A stretch of 37,187 bases of DNA from a virus (IMGVR_UViG_3300032274_000766:1-37187); one strand, 5' to 3'. Shown: positions 1 through 7,697, counted from the first letter of the stretch. Made by a program: numbers and translations. Notes: generated by a model not told the origin, from the sequence alone.

Positions 1-93
1 CCAACCATCACGATCATCACCAACCTTTTCAGCGGCGAGGCGTTGACAGTTATCAAGACGTTCGCGGGTCCAGTCTTCAACGCTTAACGGCAT
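1..93 (-). CDS. Phage hypothetical protein, 5' part only (MPLSVEDWTRERLDNCQRLAAEKVGDDRDGW...), runs off the window edge
   Basis: ATG at 93 (minus) preceded by AGAAAGGAAA RBS; frame stays open to position 1; continues the leftward operon. Confidence 0.6.
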   Translation of the reverse strand, partial: MPLSVEDWTRERLDNCQRLAAEKVGDDRDGW

Positions 94-128
94 CGTCGTT
101 TCCTTTCTGGTTTGAAATCTCGGACATA

Positions 129-989
129 TCAAAAACCCCGCCCTGGCACGTACTTGGCGCGGGGCGTTCCCTCGCCGTTCTGGACCCGTAAATATTTATC
201 CGTCTCGCAAAGGATATTCGGCACGTCGCTGAAATCCAGGTCGATGCCGGTTTCATTTGACGCGATGCGATAGATGACGCGCATTTCGCTGAGGGCTTGT
301 TCTTGGGAAAGCGATTGCTTTACCTGCCGACCGTGAAGGCGGTTCAATCCCCGGATCGTGCCCGGCCCTGCAGCCGCCCAGGATTGCACGTCCGGCGCGT
401 TTTCGAGCAAGGGGGTGAAGCGCATATCGACGACGGCTTGATAGGCCATGAACGGTCCCCAGCCATTGGAACGGGTGAGCATTCCATGGATTTCCTGAAT
501 GGTTGATGACTGGCTAAGGGCGCGCTCTATGGCCTCGCGGCGTTTCCAAAGCGCACCGCAGACCGTTTCGGCGATGTATGCTTGTTTATCCGCGCCTTTT
601 GTCGATGGTGCGGAAATCATATAAGCCCCGGTGTAGACCTTTTCGCCTCGCGCCTTCCTGTCATTCAATATTGTGGTTATCTGGGCAGGATCAAACGTTT
701 CATGATCTGGCCAAGCGCCCGATGAAATAAGTTCGGTCAGGGTGGCAGGCCAATTTATTTGACGGGCGACGCACAACATAAACCAAAGGGCGGAGTAATC
801 AGCGAAGCGTTCCCGGATGTTCTCGCGTATCCACTTTGTTCCCCGGTCATCTTCCCGACGAACATTGCAGAACCGATAGGCGGCGATAATCGGATCGTCT
901 GAATAAGGCGGATGATCGTGGTCTTTACGAATACGGGTCGCCTCGCGCTCTTTCATCCAGTGCCACAGCGGCTGATAATCAACAGTCAT
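129..989 (-). CDS. 5-hmdU DNA kinase helical domain / alpha-glutamyl-putrescinyl thymine pyrophosphorylase clade 1-like protein (HhH DNA-glycosylase-like fold)
   Basis: Motifs DDPII..YRFCNVRREDDRGT.WI, YTGAYMI, GPFMAYQ.VVD, GPG..RGLNRL, CETDKY.R..GEG.PR..Y recognised from this family; start moved to MTVDYQ (989), which has a GAAAGGAA RBS. Confidence 0.75.
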   Translation of the reverse strand: MTVDYQPLWHWMKEREATRIRKDHDHPPYSDDPIIAAYRFCNVRREDDRGTKWIRENIRERFADYSALWFMLCVARQINWPATLTELISSGAWPDHETFDPAQITTILNDRKARGEKVYTGAYMISAPSTKGADKQAYIAETVCGALWKRREAIERALSQSSTIQEIHGMLTRSNGWGPFMAYQAVVDMRFTPLLENAPDVQSWAAAGPGTIRGLNRLHGRQVKQSLSQEQALSEMRVIYRIASNETGIDLDFSDVPNILCETDKYLRVQNGEGTPRAKYVPGRGF

Positions 990-1055
990 CGGAAGTGTTC
1001 CTTTCAGGGGACGAGTCCGGGCAGGCAAATTTTCGGCGGCCCGGATTGTCGGTAT

Positions 1056-1667
1056 TTATGCGGTTCTGGCTTTGGCTCTGGCCTTTTGCAGCTTTTCTTC
1101 CTGGGCCAGCAGGTAGCGGTTTTCTGACCTGTACCAAGTGTTGCGGCCTACTTTTAAGAACGTGCAAAGCTGGCTGACGTTCCAGTGCTGGTATTTCAGC
1201 AGGTCGAGCCCCGCCTTGATGTCCTTGTCTTTCAACTTCGGTTTTCTGCCGCCCATGCGACCGCGTTTTTTGGCCGCAGCCAGTCCGGCCTTGGTGCGTT
1301 CGGAAATCATCGCCCGTTCCAGTTCGGCCAGTGCGCCCAACAGGTGAAACAGGAAATTCCCCATCGCCGATGTGGTGTCGATCTTGTCCTGAATGCTGAC
1401 AAGGTCCACGCCGCGACTGTGTAGTTTTTCGCTGAGTTCGATCAGGTCTTTTAGCGAGCGCGAAAGCCGGTCCAGCTTCCACACCACCAGCACGTCGCCC
1501 TTGCGTAAATATTTCAGGGCTTCCTGCAGGGCGGGCCGTTTGGTGTCCTTGCCGGATTTCTTTTCCTCGAACAAAAATTCCTGTTCGACGCCTTCTTTGA
1601 GCAACGCATCGCGCTGCAAATCCAGTTTCTGATCTTCGGTCGATACACGCGCGTATCCTATTTTCAT
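1056..1667 (-). CDS. Small serine recombinase (resolvase/invertase, Pin/Hin-like) with C-terminal HTH
   Basis: MKIGYARVST catalytic Ser motif, GDVLVVWKLDRLSRS, AELER.MISERTKAGL.AA..RGR.GGRKP; AGGAG RBS before ATG 1667. Confidence 0.93.
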   Translation of the reverse strand: MKIGYARVSTEDQKLDLQRDALLKEGVEQEFLFEEKKSGKDTKRPALQEALKYLRKGDVLVVWKLDRLSRSLKDLIELSEKLHSRGVDLVSIQDKIDTTSAMGNFLFHLLGALAELERAMISERTKAGLAAAKKRGRMGGRKPKLKDKDIKAGLDLLKYQHWNVSQLCTFLKVGRNTWYRSENRYLLAQEEKLQKARAKARTA

Positions 1668-1733
1668 GGGTAGAACTCCTAAATCGGAATTCCCCCCCAT
1701 GCTCTCGGGTGAAGGTGGTTTGGATGGCGGCGG

Positions 1734-2312
1734 TCATGCGGCGGCGCTCGGCGGCAGCGGGTCGCCTGCCAATTCGGCGAAGCGGCCCAGGAACATTTTC
1801 TGCGCCTGTGTTTCGTGCCAGGGCTCGGGCAATGTTTCGCGGCCTTTGCCATTTATGAAAAAAAGATTTTCCGACTGTGCGGTCCTGACCGGCGGGGTCA
1901 TGTGGTCGCGGCCTTCCCACGCGAGGGCCAGGGCGTCCATGTCCTTGACGACTTGTGGCATGGGCCATGGCAGGTCGAAGCGTTCGGCGACGGCGCGTTC
2001 AATCGCTTCCTCGACAGTCCTGAAATCCGGTAACTGGCGCTTAAGCGGGGTGATGCAGTCCCCGGTGTAGGCTTCCGCCGCGTCGTGCAACAGGCCCCAC
2101 AGGGCGTATTCCGGGCAAAAGGTATCGCACAGCCATGAAACCCGGACCGAATGTTCGGCGACGGATGATGTCAGGGCGGTGTTGGTCCAACCGTTCCAGC
2201 GGGCGGTGCGGGAAAGTGCGCGGGCGATATCGAAAATATGAATGTCTGCGGCGCGCGGGGCCAGCACATCGATGTGTGCGCCGGTGCCGGTCTGGGCGAT
2301 GGATGAATTCAT
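1734..2312 (-). CDS. HD-domain phosphohydrolase (phage YfbR/5'-deoxynucleotidase-like)
   Basis: DIARALSR..RWNG, SVAEHS, LLHDAAEAYTGD..TPLK motifs. Confidence 0.85.
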   Translation of the reverse strand: MNSSIAQTGTGAHIDVLAPRAADIHIFDIARALSRTARWNGWTNTALTSSVAEHSVRVSWLCDTFCPEYALWGLLHDAAEAYTGDCITPLKRQLPDFRTVEEAIERAVAERFDLPWPMPQVVKDMDALALAWEGRDHMTPPVRTAQSENLFFINGKGRETLPEPWHETQAQKMFLGRFAELAGDPLPPSAAA

Positions 2313-2536
2313 GCGGCGGTTTCCCGTTCTTGCAGGGGCGCGGGTAATTTTGCTTGCAGCCTTTTCAGGATGTCCGGCACTCGTGCCTTGCGCTGATCAT
2401 CGGTCAGGTGCTTGCGCGCCCATGCGTGAAAGGTTCTGATGACGGCCCCTGCCGTGGTCTGGTTCGGGTTTCTGGTCCATGCCAGTTCGGCCTGCATGTG
2501 GGCTTGCCATTCGGGGCCTTTGAAGGTGTCACTCAT
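2309..2536 (-). CDS. Phage hypothetical protein
   Basis: ATGA-type overlaps with both neighbours. Confidence 0.6.
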   Translation of the reverse strand: MSDTFKGPEWQAHMQAELAWTRNPNQTTAGAVIRTFHAWARKHLTDDQRKARVPDILKRLQAKLPAPLQERETAA

Positions 2537-2796
2537 GAAATCCTCGCTTCTTTATTATCGTCCAGGTCGGGGCCTGCGCTGGTGTCGCGGACGGTGCGTG
2601 ATACCCCTGGCCTGGGCGGTCGGGGCCGCAATTGCGACATGTCAACGGGCTGGAAAAGCATCCACACCTGGATCATGAGCAAGCCCAAGATGATGACCCA
2701 CCAGCCCGGCCATTGCGGGTGGCCGAAATCGGCAATTTCAGCCATGCCCCGGTCAGGGTTGTAGGGCAGGGCGAAGTCAATAATGATGGCGGTCAT
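2533..2796 (-). CDS. Small protein with one predicted transmembrane helix
   Basis: Start MTAIII at 2796 overlaps the upstream stop (ATGA) and has an AGGAGG RBS; hydrophobic stretch WWVIILGLLMIQVWMLF. Confidence 0.6.
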   Translation of the reverse strand: MTAIIIDFALPYNPDRGMAEIADFGHPQWPGWWVIILGLLMIQVWMLFQPVDMSQLRPRPPRPGVSRTVRDTSAGPDLDDNKEARIS

Positions 2797-3203
2797 GATG
2801 TGCCTCCTGGTTTGCGGCGTTTCAGGTCGTCGTGCATGGCGCTGGCGGTTTGGCAGATGTCGGTCAGGGACAGCCTGCGGCCAAAATAGCGCCAGCCGAG
2901 CAGCGCCTTGACCAGCCGTGGTCCCCACGATTTTGCGAAGTTGTTGAAGGCGTGGCGGCAGGCATCTGAGCAATGGTCGTGGTTTTCGCGACGGGCCTCG
3001 AACATCGCATCGCACCAGTTGCAGCGGCGTTTGGGTTTGGGGTGCTGGCGGGCGATAGCGGCGCGGCGGGCTTCGTAAGCCACGCGGCAGGGTGTTGAAC
3101 AGCATGTCTGGTTTTGGGAGCGCGGCGCAAACCCCTCGCCACAATTTTTGCAGTGGCGGGCGACGGTTGAAACAGGTGTCTGTTGTGTGGCGAGGGTTGT
3201 CAT
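2793..3203 (-). CDS. Double Cys-rich zinc-finger protein, first gene of the leftward operon
   Basis: Two CxxC...F...CSxxCR repeats; sits directly behind the leftward promoter. Confidence 0.7.
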   Translation of the reverse strand: MTTLATQQTPVSTVARHCKNCGEGFAPRSQNQTCCSTPCRVAYEARRAAIARQHPKPKRRCNWCDAMFEARRENHDHCSDACRHAFNNFAKSWGPRLVKALLGWRYFGRRLSLTDICQTASAMHDDLKRRKPGGTS

Positions 3204-3263
3204 GCGGGAACGGTAGTGCGGGAATTACCCCTTGTCAACAGGAAATGAGGTATATTTCCCGCA
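3201..3263 (-). promoter_or_regulatory. PL-like leftward promoter (leaderless) with two operator sites
   Basis: Minus strand TTGACA(3238-3233)-17 nt-TACCGT-6 nt-ATG; operator-like 18-mers at 3217-3234 and 3246-3263 related to TGCGGG-N6-CCCGCA. Confidence 0.7.
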
Positions 3264-3312
3264 CTTTGTTGCAGACATGTGTGTGGCTTGTGGAAAAGTG
3301 TAGCGGGCGGGC

Positions 3313-3999
3313 TTAGATTGTGGCGCGGTAAACGCGGACAATGACGCCGAACACCGTGGTCGTCGTGGCGTCGGTATCACCGAGGATTTGCGCTTTGTTG
3401 GCCGGGTTATGGGAATGCGGCTCAAGGATGCCTGCGTAAAAGGCGCGCAGCAAGGTCTTGGCAGTGCCGCGCTGGTTATCGACACATTGGGCGACGACGG
3501 CCTGACCGGGCTGTGGGGCCAGTTCCGGATCGACGATAAGAAAGTCGCCGGGCATGATGCCAAAGCGGGTCATGGCGTCGGTAGAACAGCGCATCCACAC
3601 GGCATGTGTCCGGTTTGGATAAAGCGTGGCCAGTAGAGCGTCGCCGCCTTCGCCAGGGCCTTCAAAGCTGGCGTTATCTTCGGCCAGGCCGCGCAGGGCG
3701 GTCAGTTCGTGAATTCTACGGGTGTCGGGATGGTCCGGGTCAATGGCCGCGCCGCGATTAAGGGCTTCGGCTTGCCTGTTGGTGCCGTGGTTGCCGGTGC
3801 CGGTCAATAGCCAGTCGATGGAACAGTCAAGGGCGGCGGCGAGTTTCGCCAGCTTGTCGCCGCCAGGCGCGCCGCCACCCCGGCGGCGGATGTCGCGGAT
3901 GGTGTCGACACCAAGGCCCGCTTTCAGGCATGCCTTGCGTTCGCTCCAGCCTAATGCTTTCAGGCGATGCTCGATGCGGGCGATTAAAGAATCGGTCAT
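3313..3999 (-). CDS. CI-like repressor: XRE HTH plus degenerate S24 peptidase domain
   Basis: N-terminal HTH (RLKALGWSERKACLKAGLG...LAKLAAALDCSIDWLLTG); C-terminal DAM..GIMPGDFLIVDP...GQAVVA...FGVIV; divergent from the cro-like gene. Confidence 0.85.
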   Translation of the reverse strand: MTDSLIARIEHRLKALGWSERKACLKAGLGVDTIRDIRRRGGGAPGGDKLAKLAAALDCSIDWLLTGTGNHGTNRQAEALNRGAAIDPDHPDTRRIHELTALRGLAEDNASFEGPGEGGDALLATLYPNRTHAVWMRCSTDAMTRFGIMPGDFLIVDPELAPQPGQAVVAQCVDNQRGTAKTLLRAFYAGILEPHSHNPANKAQILGDTDATTTTVFGVIVRVYRATI

Positions 4000-4020
4000 G
4001 GCTTTATTATTCCGGTTTTG

Positions 4021-4087
4021 TGCGGGAAATACATTCGGGAAAATTCCCGTTGACAATGCGGGGCAATTCCCGCAATGTCGGGTTATG
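4021..4087 (+). promoter_or_regulatory. PR-like rightward promoter (leaderless) with operator sites
   Basis: TTGACA(4050-4055)-17 nt-CAATGT-6 nt-ATG(4085); palindromes TTCGGGAAAATTCCCGTT (4034-4051) and TGCGGGGCAATTCCCGCA (4057-4074); half site at 4021. Confidence 0.72.
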
Positions 4088-4282
4088 GACTTAAAACAGA
4101 CAATTTTGGACCGTTCGGTGGCGTATTGCGCCGGGCGCGGTATTTCCAAGGCCCGGTTGGCGACCATCGTCGTCAACGATGGCAAATTCTTCGTCCGTAT
4201 CGAGGCGGGCGGCGGTTTCACCATTGAAACTTATCAGAAATTCATGAGTTTCTTCGACGAACAAGAAAAGGCGGCGGCATGA
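4085..4282 (+). CDS. Cro-like small DNA-binding protein (65 aa)
   Basis: MDLKQTILDRSVAYCAGRGISKARLATIVVNDGKFFVRIEAGGGFTIETYQKFMSFF; position divergent from the repressor. Confidence 0.8.
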   Translation: MDLKQTILDRSVAYCAGRGISKARLATIVVNDGKFFVRIEAGGGFTIETYQKFMSFFDEQEKAAA

Positions 4283-4284
4283 CA

Positions 4285-4533
4285 TCATCGCGCCCGCTCC
4301 GGAAATCTGACGACGACGGTCGAGTTACTATCATCAAGCCCATGTCCGTGGGGCCGACCGAGTTCGGCTGCGATGGGTTGTTCATCTATAATCGCCTCGG
4401 TGATGTCGAGCAGAACGGCCAGGTCACCGGCGGCGGCGGGGAAGCGCACCCCCAGGGCCATCAATTGCCCGGCGATGCGGCCAAGGGCGCGGCGCAGGGT
4501 CGGCGTTTCGGCTGTGGGCTGGCTTGTGTTCAT
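4285..4533 (-). CDS. Small hypothetical protein antisense to the early rightward operon
   Basis: Fills the cro-to-4587 gap; amphipathic helices and a C-terminal VVVRFPER motif of the kind seen in small alphaproteobacterial phage proteins. Confidence 0.45.
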   Translation of the reverse strand: MNTSQPTAETPTLRRALGRIAGQLMALGVRFPAAAGDLAVLLDITEAIIDEQPIAAELGRPHGHGLDDSNSTVVVRFPERAR

Positions 4534-4586
4534 AGCGCCACGTTAGTGCGCCCGAAAAAGTCGCGCCACTTACAAAACGGGAGGAA

Positions 4587-4985
4587 ATGATAATGACCTG
4601 CCAACGAAACCTCGATAGCTGGTGCGGGCGTATTTGGGCCATCGCAAAAGGTGTCGGCGAAACACAAGCGGCTGTGGCTGCCGGGGTTTCGCCCGCCCGG
4701 CTGCGCCAACTTGCCAACCCCAATCGCAACGACGCCGATGTTATTGAAACCCTGTTCCGGCTGGACCGGGCTGCGGTCGATGCTGGCCTTGGCGCGCCGC
4801 TGTTTGATTTGTGGCGCAGCCGCATGGTGGATGCCGGGAGTTTACGCGAATCCCAGAGTGAACGACGGCGGCGATTGATTGAGGCTGCGGCGAAGGCTGC
4901 GGTCAAGGCGCTGCTGGTTGTTGTTCAGGCGCTTGAAGCGACACTCAACCCGCCCACACCACAACTGCAAAGGGCGCAGGCATGA
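4587..4985 (+). CDS. CII-position putative transcriptional regulator
   Basis: GGGAGG RBS; HTH-like GETQAAVAAGVSPARLRQLANPN; synteny after cro. Confidence 0.6.
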   Translation: MIMTCQRNLDSWCGRIWAIAKGVGETQAAVAAGVSPARLRQLANPNRNDADVIETLFRLDRAAVDAGLGAPLFDLWRSRMVDAGSLRESQSERRRRLIEAAAKAAVKALLVVVQALEATLNPPTPQLQRAQA

Positions 4986-5062
4986 CGGCGCGGGGAAAAT
5001 TTATCTGGTGCGCGATGAGCGCTTGTTTGGCGGTTTTGTACGCCTGGACGGTGTTGCCATGA
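4982..5062 (+). CDS. 26-aa hydrophobic peptide (MTARGKFIWCAMSACLAVLYAWTVLP)
   Basis: ATGA overlap with the 4587 gene stop and with the 5059 start; too short for the ORF track. Confidence 0.5.
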   Translation: MTARGKFIWCAMSACLAVLYAWTVLP

Positions 5063-5277
5063 CGCGCAGTCTTAAAAATTCGATGGCGGGGTCTTCCCTC
5101 TCCCTCTCCCCTGGTGGGGCTCCGCAAACCTTGGTCCCGGTTGGAGAAATCCGACCGGGACTTTTTAAACGCACCGGCGCGGCCATGCAGGCGATCAGCG
5201 ATGCGGCTCTTACAAGGCGGCGGCAATCCCGCACCCTGCTGGCCAAGGCTTATCGCCTTGCCTGGGGGTGCGGATGA
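5059..5277 (+). CDS. Phage hypothetical protein
   Basis: ATGA overlaps on both sides. Confidence 0.5.
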   Translation: MTRSLKNSMAGSSLSLSPGGAPQTLVPVGEIRPGLFKRTGAAMQAISDAALTRRRQSRTLLAKAYRLAWGCG

Positions 5278-5654
5278 GTGCGACCTGCACAGCCAAGGCC
5301 ACGGTCAAGTCATGGTCAATGGATAAGAAACTCGAATTTTCCGAAGATTGGTGGGGCGGCATGTCTTACAAAAATCTTGCCCACACTTACGGCCTGGTCG
5401 GCACATCGTTTCACGCCGTGCGCAATGTTGCCATGGCCATTGGCCTTGGCCCGCGCGACCGCATAAAGCCGGTGAACGATGTCAAAAAAACCAGTCGGAA
5501 ATGTTTGATGCACGGCGGAACTTTCATGTCCGAAGGGGTGGGCAACCGGGTTTGTGATGACTGTAAAAAATTAAGCGTTTGGAAAAGCGGTGCGGATTCC
5601 TCGCTGGGTGAAGGGTTGGCCATCCATGGAAGAGCGGCGCGTGTTGAATCTTAA
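5274..5654 (+). CDS. HTH-like plus C-terminal zinc-ribbon protein
   Basis: WWGGMSYKNLAHTYGL HTH-like segment; RKCLMH..FMSEGVGNRVCDDCK. Confidence 0.6.
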   Translation: MSATCTAKATVKSWSMDKKLEFSEDWWGGMSYKNLAHTYGLVGTSFHAVRNVAMAIGLGPRDRIKPVNDVKKTSRKCLMHGGTFMSEGVGNRVCDDCKKLSVWKSGADSSLGEGLAIHGRAARVES

Positions 5655-5817
5655 AGGGGCGCGGTTGATTTTTTCCGACACCGGTGATGGTGGGTTGTGT
5701 CTGGTCATCGACCACGGCGGGTTAGCCGGGCGGGTGCTGATCGATGCGCCGGAACGGCAAGAATTAAAGGTGTGGCTTGATGACGCCGGGGACGGGGAGG
5801 CGAAAACGGATGACTGA
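5641..5817 (+). CDS. Small hypothetical protein
   Basis: GTG start with GGAAGAG upstream; overlaps both neighbours. Confidence 0.5.
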   Translation: MLNLKGARLIFSDTGDGGLCLVIDHGGLAGRVLIDAPERQELKVWLDDAGDGEAKTDD

Positions 5818-6553
5818 AATGATAACCATCGGCGATGCGACGCTTTACCTGGGCGACTGCCGCGACGTGCTGGACGACATCGCGCCTGCCGATCTGGGGC
5901 TTACCGATGCGCCGTACAAACTGACGACCGGCGGTAAAGCGCAGGGCGGCAAGTCCATGTCCGGTATTTTTGCCGCCCATAATTACGCCAACGACGGCGA
6001 ACTGGTGATGACGCCGGTGGAATGGGGTGACGTGGTGATGATCATGTACGGCCTTCTTAAAGCGGACGCCGATTGTTATTTGATGGCCAACGATAAGGAA
6101 ATATTCAAGGCCAGAAATAACGCCCTGCAAGCAGGTTTCAACCTTCACAATCTGTTGGTCTGGTGGAAAATCAGCGGCACCGCCAATCGCTGGTACATGA
6201 AGGACTGTGAATTTACGGCCTATCTGTGGAAGGGCCGGGCCAAGACGATCAATAATCCGGGCTCCAAGCAATTGACGCCCGGTGCGCAAAAAGACCAGTC
6301 GGACCACCCGACGGAAAAACCGGTCGGCCTGATGGCGCAGTACATCACCAATTCGTCAGAACCGGGAGACGTGGTGCTTGACCCGTTCATGGGCAGCGGC
6401 ACGACCGGCGTCGCGGCTATAGAAACCGGGCGCAAATTCATCGGCTGTGAACTGGACCCTAAATTCTTCGAGATGGCCTGCGAGCGCATCCGCCTGGCGC
6501 TGCCGCCAAGACGCGAAGCACCGCCGCGCACCCTGTTCGATGACGCGGCATGA
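5810..6553 (+). CDS. Orphan N4-cytosine/N6-adenine DNA methyltransferase (beta class)
   Basis: LYLGDC, motif IV variant TDAPY, HPTEKP, motif I VLDPFMGSGTTG, FIGCELD; GGGGAGG RBS. Confidence 0.92.
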   Translation: MTEMITIGDATLYLGDCRDVLDDIAPADLGLTDAPYKLTTGGKAQGGKSMSGIFAAHNYANDGELVMTPVEWGDVVMIMYGLLKADADCYLMANDKEIFKARNNALQAGFNLHNLLVWWKISGTANRWYMKDCEFTAYLWKGRAKTINNPGSKQLTPGAQKDQSDHPTEKPVGLMAQYITNSSEPGDVVLDPFMGSGTTGVAAIETGRKFIGCELDPKFFEMACERIRLALPPRREAPPRTLFDDAA

Positions 6554-6894
6554 ACGGGCCTAAACGGGTGCAGCGGACACGCACGAAAGGCGGTGGCATG
6601 CCGCCGGGGGCGGTTTATGTTGGCAGGCCGGGGCGGTGGGGCAATGGCTTCCCGGTGGGCAAGCCGCTTTTGGGCGAACCGCCGCTCAGTGCCGCCGAGG
6701 CGGTGGAAAAATATCGCGTTTGGGTGATTTTTCAGATCCGCGCCGGGGTGCTTGATCTTGACGAACTGGTTGGCCACGACCTGGCTTGCTGGTGCGCCCT
6801 TGATAAACCCTGCCACGCGGACGTGTTGATTGACCTTGCCAGCGCTTCCGCACGGCGTTTGGGGAAGCGTGTACGCGGAGCCCGTAAACCATGA
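6550..6894 (+). CDS. DUF4326-like protein
   Basis: PKRVQR.R.KG..MP.GAVYVGRP.RWGN.F, L.GHDLACWC....PCHADVL. Confidence 0.85.
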   Translation: MNGPKRVQRTRTKGGGMPPGAVYVGRPGRWGNGFPVGKPLLGEPPLSAAEAVEKYRVWVIFQIRAGVLDLDELVGHDLACWCALDKPCHADVLIDLASASARRLGKRVRGARKP

Positions 6895-7697
6895 AGTCCG
6901 AAAAACAAAAAGGCGATACCACGACCATCGAATGGGTGACCGCCGTGGCGCGGGCGCGGGGTATGCGCGCCGCCGTGTGGAACCCGCAGCGCGGCTGTTC
7001 AAGGGCCGGGGCCGGGTGTGACCATTGCTGGGCGGCGAAAGTCGCGTGGATGCGCGGGCAGCAGAAAAACCCAAAAATGCAGGCCAAGTACGCCGGGCTG
7101 ACCCGCAAGCGCGGCGATATCATTGAATTTAACGGCACGGTGCGCCCGGTTTGGGAAGATTTTGCCATCCCGCTTAAAACGTCCGCGCCGACGGTTTACT
7201 TCATGGGATCAGAGACAGACCTGTTCCACCCCAATTCAAACCCGGAATATATGGAATTGTGTTTCGATGTTGCCGGGCTTTGCCCACAGCACTTGTTTTT
7301 GGTGCTGACAAAGCGTCCCGACCGGATGCGGGAATTTGTCGCCGCCGACAGGATGGATGGACGCGCGCACAACGTCTGGCTTGGCACCAGCGTCTGGGAC
7401 CCGCCCAGCGCCGAAAAATATATTCCCGATTTGCTGGCCACCCCGGCGGAAAAACATTTTGTTTCTTACGAGCCCGCGCTGGTGCCGGTTGATTTCTCGC
7501 CCTGGTGGTTCGACTGGCTGATTGCCGGATGTCAGTCGTCGCCCAACGTGGCGATGCCCGCTTTAACGCCGCAGGCTTTGCAGAAATTCTGTGCCCGGCG
7601 CGGCATCGGCTTTTTTTATAAACAGGATGTGATTGGCGGCAAGCTGGTGCATCTGCCGGAAATCTTCGGCAAGTCGTGGACCGAGGTGCCGCGATGA
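6891..7697 (+). CDS. Phage Gp37/Gp68 (DUF5131) family protein, three-Cys radical-SAM-like
   Basis: TTIEW, WNP..GCSRAGAGCDHCWA, DLFH, PQH.FLVLTKRP.RM, NVWLGTSV, FVSYEP.L, FFYKQ. Confidence 0.88.
   Translation: MKSEKQKGDTTTIEWVTAVARARGMRAAVWNPQRGCSRAGAGCDHCWAAKVAWMRGQQKNPKMQAKYAGLTRKRGDIIEFNGTVRPVWEDFAIPLKTSAPTVYFMGSETDLFHPNSNPEYMELCFDVAGLCPQHLFLVLTKRPDRMREFVAADRMDGRAHNVWLGTSVWDPPSAEKYIPDLLATPAEKHFVSYEPALVPVDFSPWWFDWLIAGCQSSPNVAMPALTPQALQKFCARRGIGFFYKQDVIGGKLVHLPEIFGKSWTEVPR

Noticed and set aside
979-1968. 329-aa minus ORF and other long overlapping ORFs (8119-9300, 13528-14661, 16073-16906, 22178-22966)
   Set aside because: Shadow frames of well-supported genes in GC-rich DNA; Arg/Pro-rich with no motifs
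3722-4224. Long N-terminal extensions of the repressor (to 4224) and Cro-like ORF (from 3722)
   Set aside because: They would overlap each other and the operator region; domain boundaries and promoter geometry support starts at 3999 and 4085
5810-6553. Restriction-modification system
   Set aside because: No adjacent endonuclease; an orphan phage MTase in an early operon
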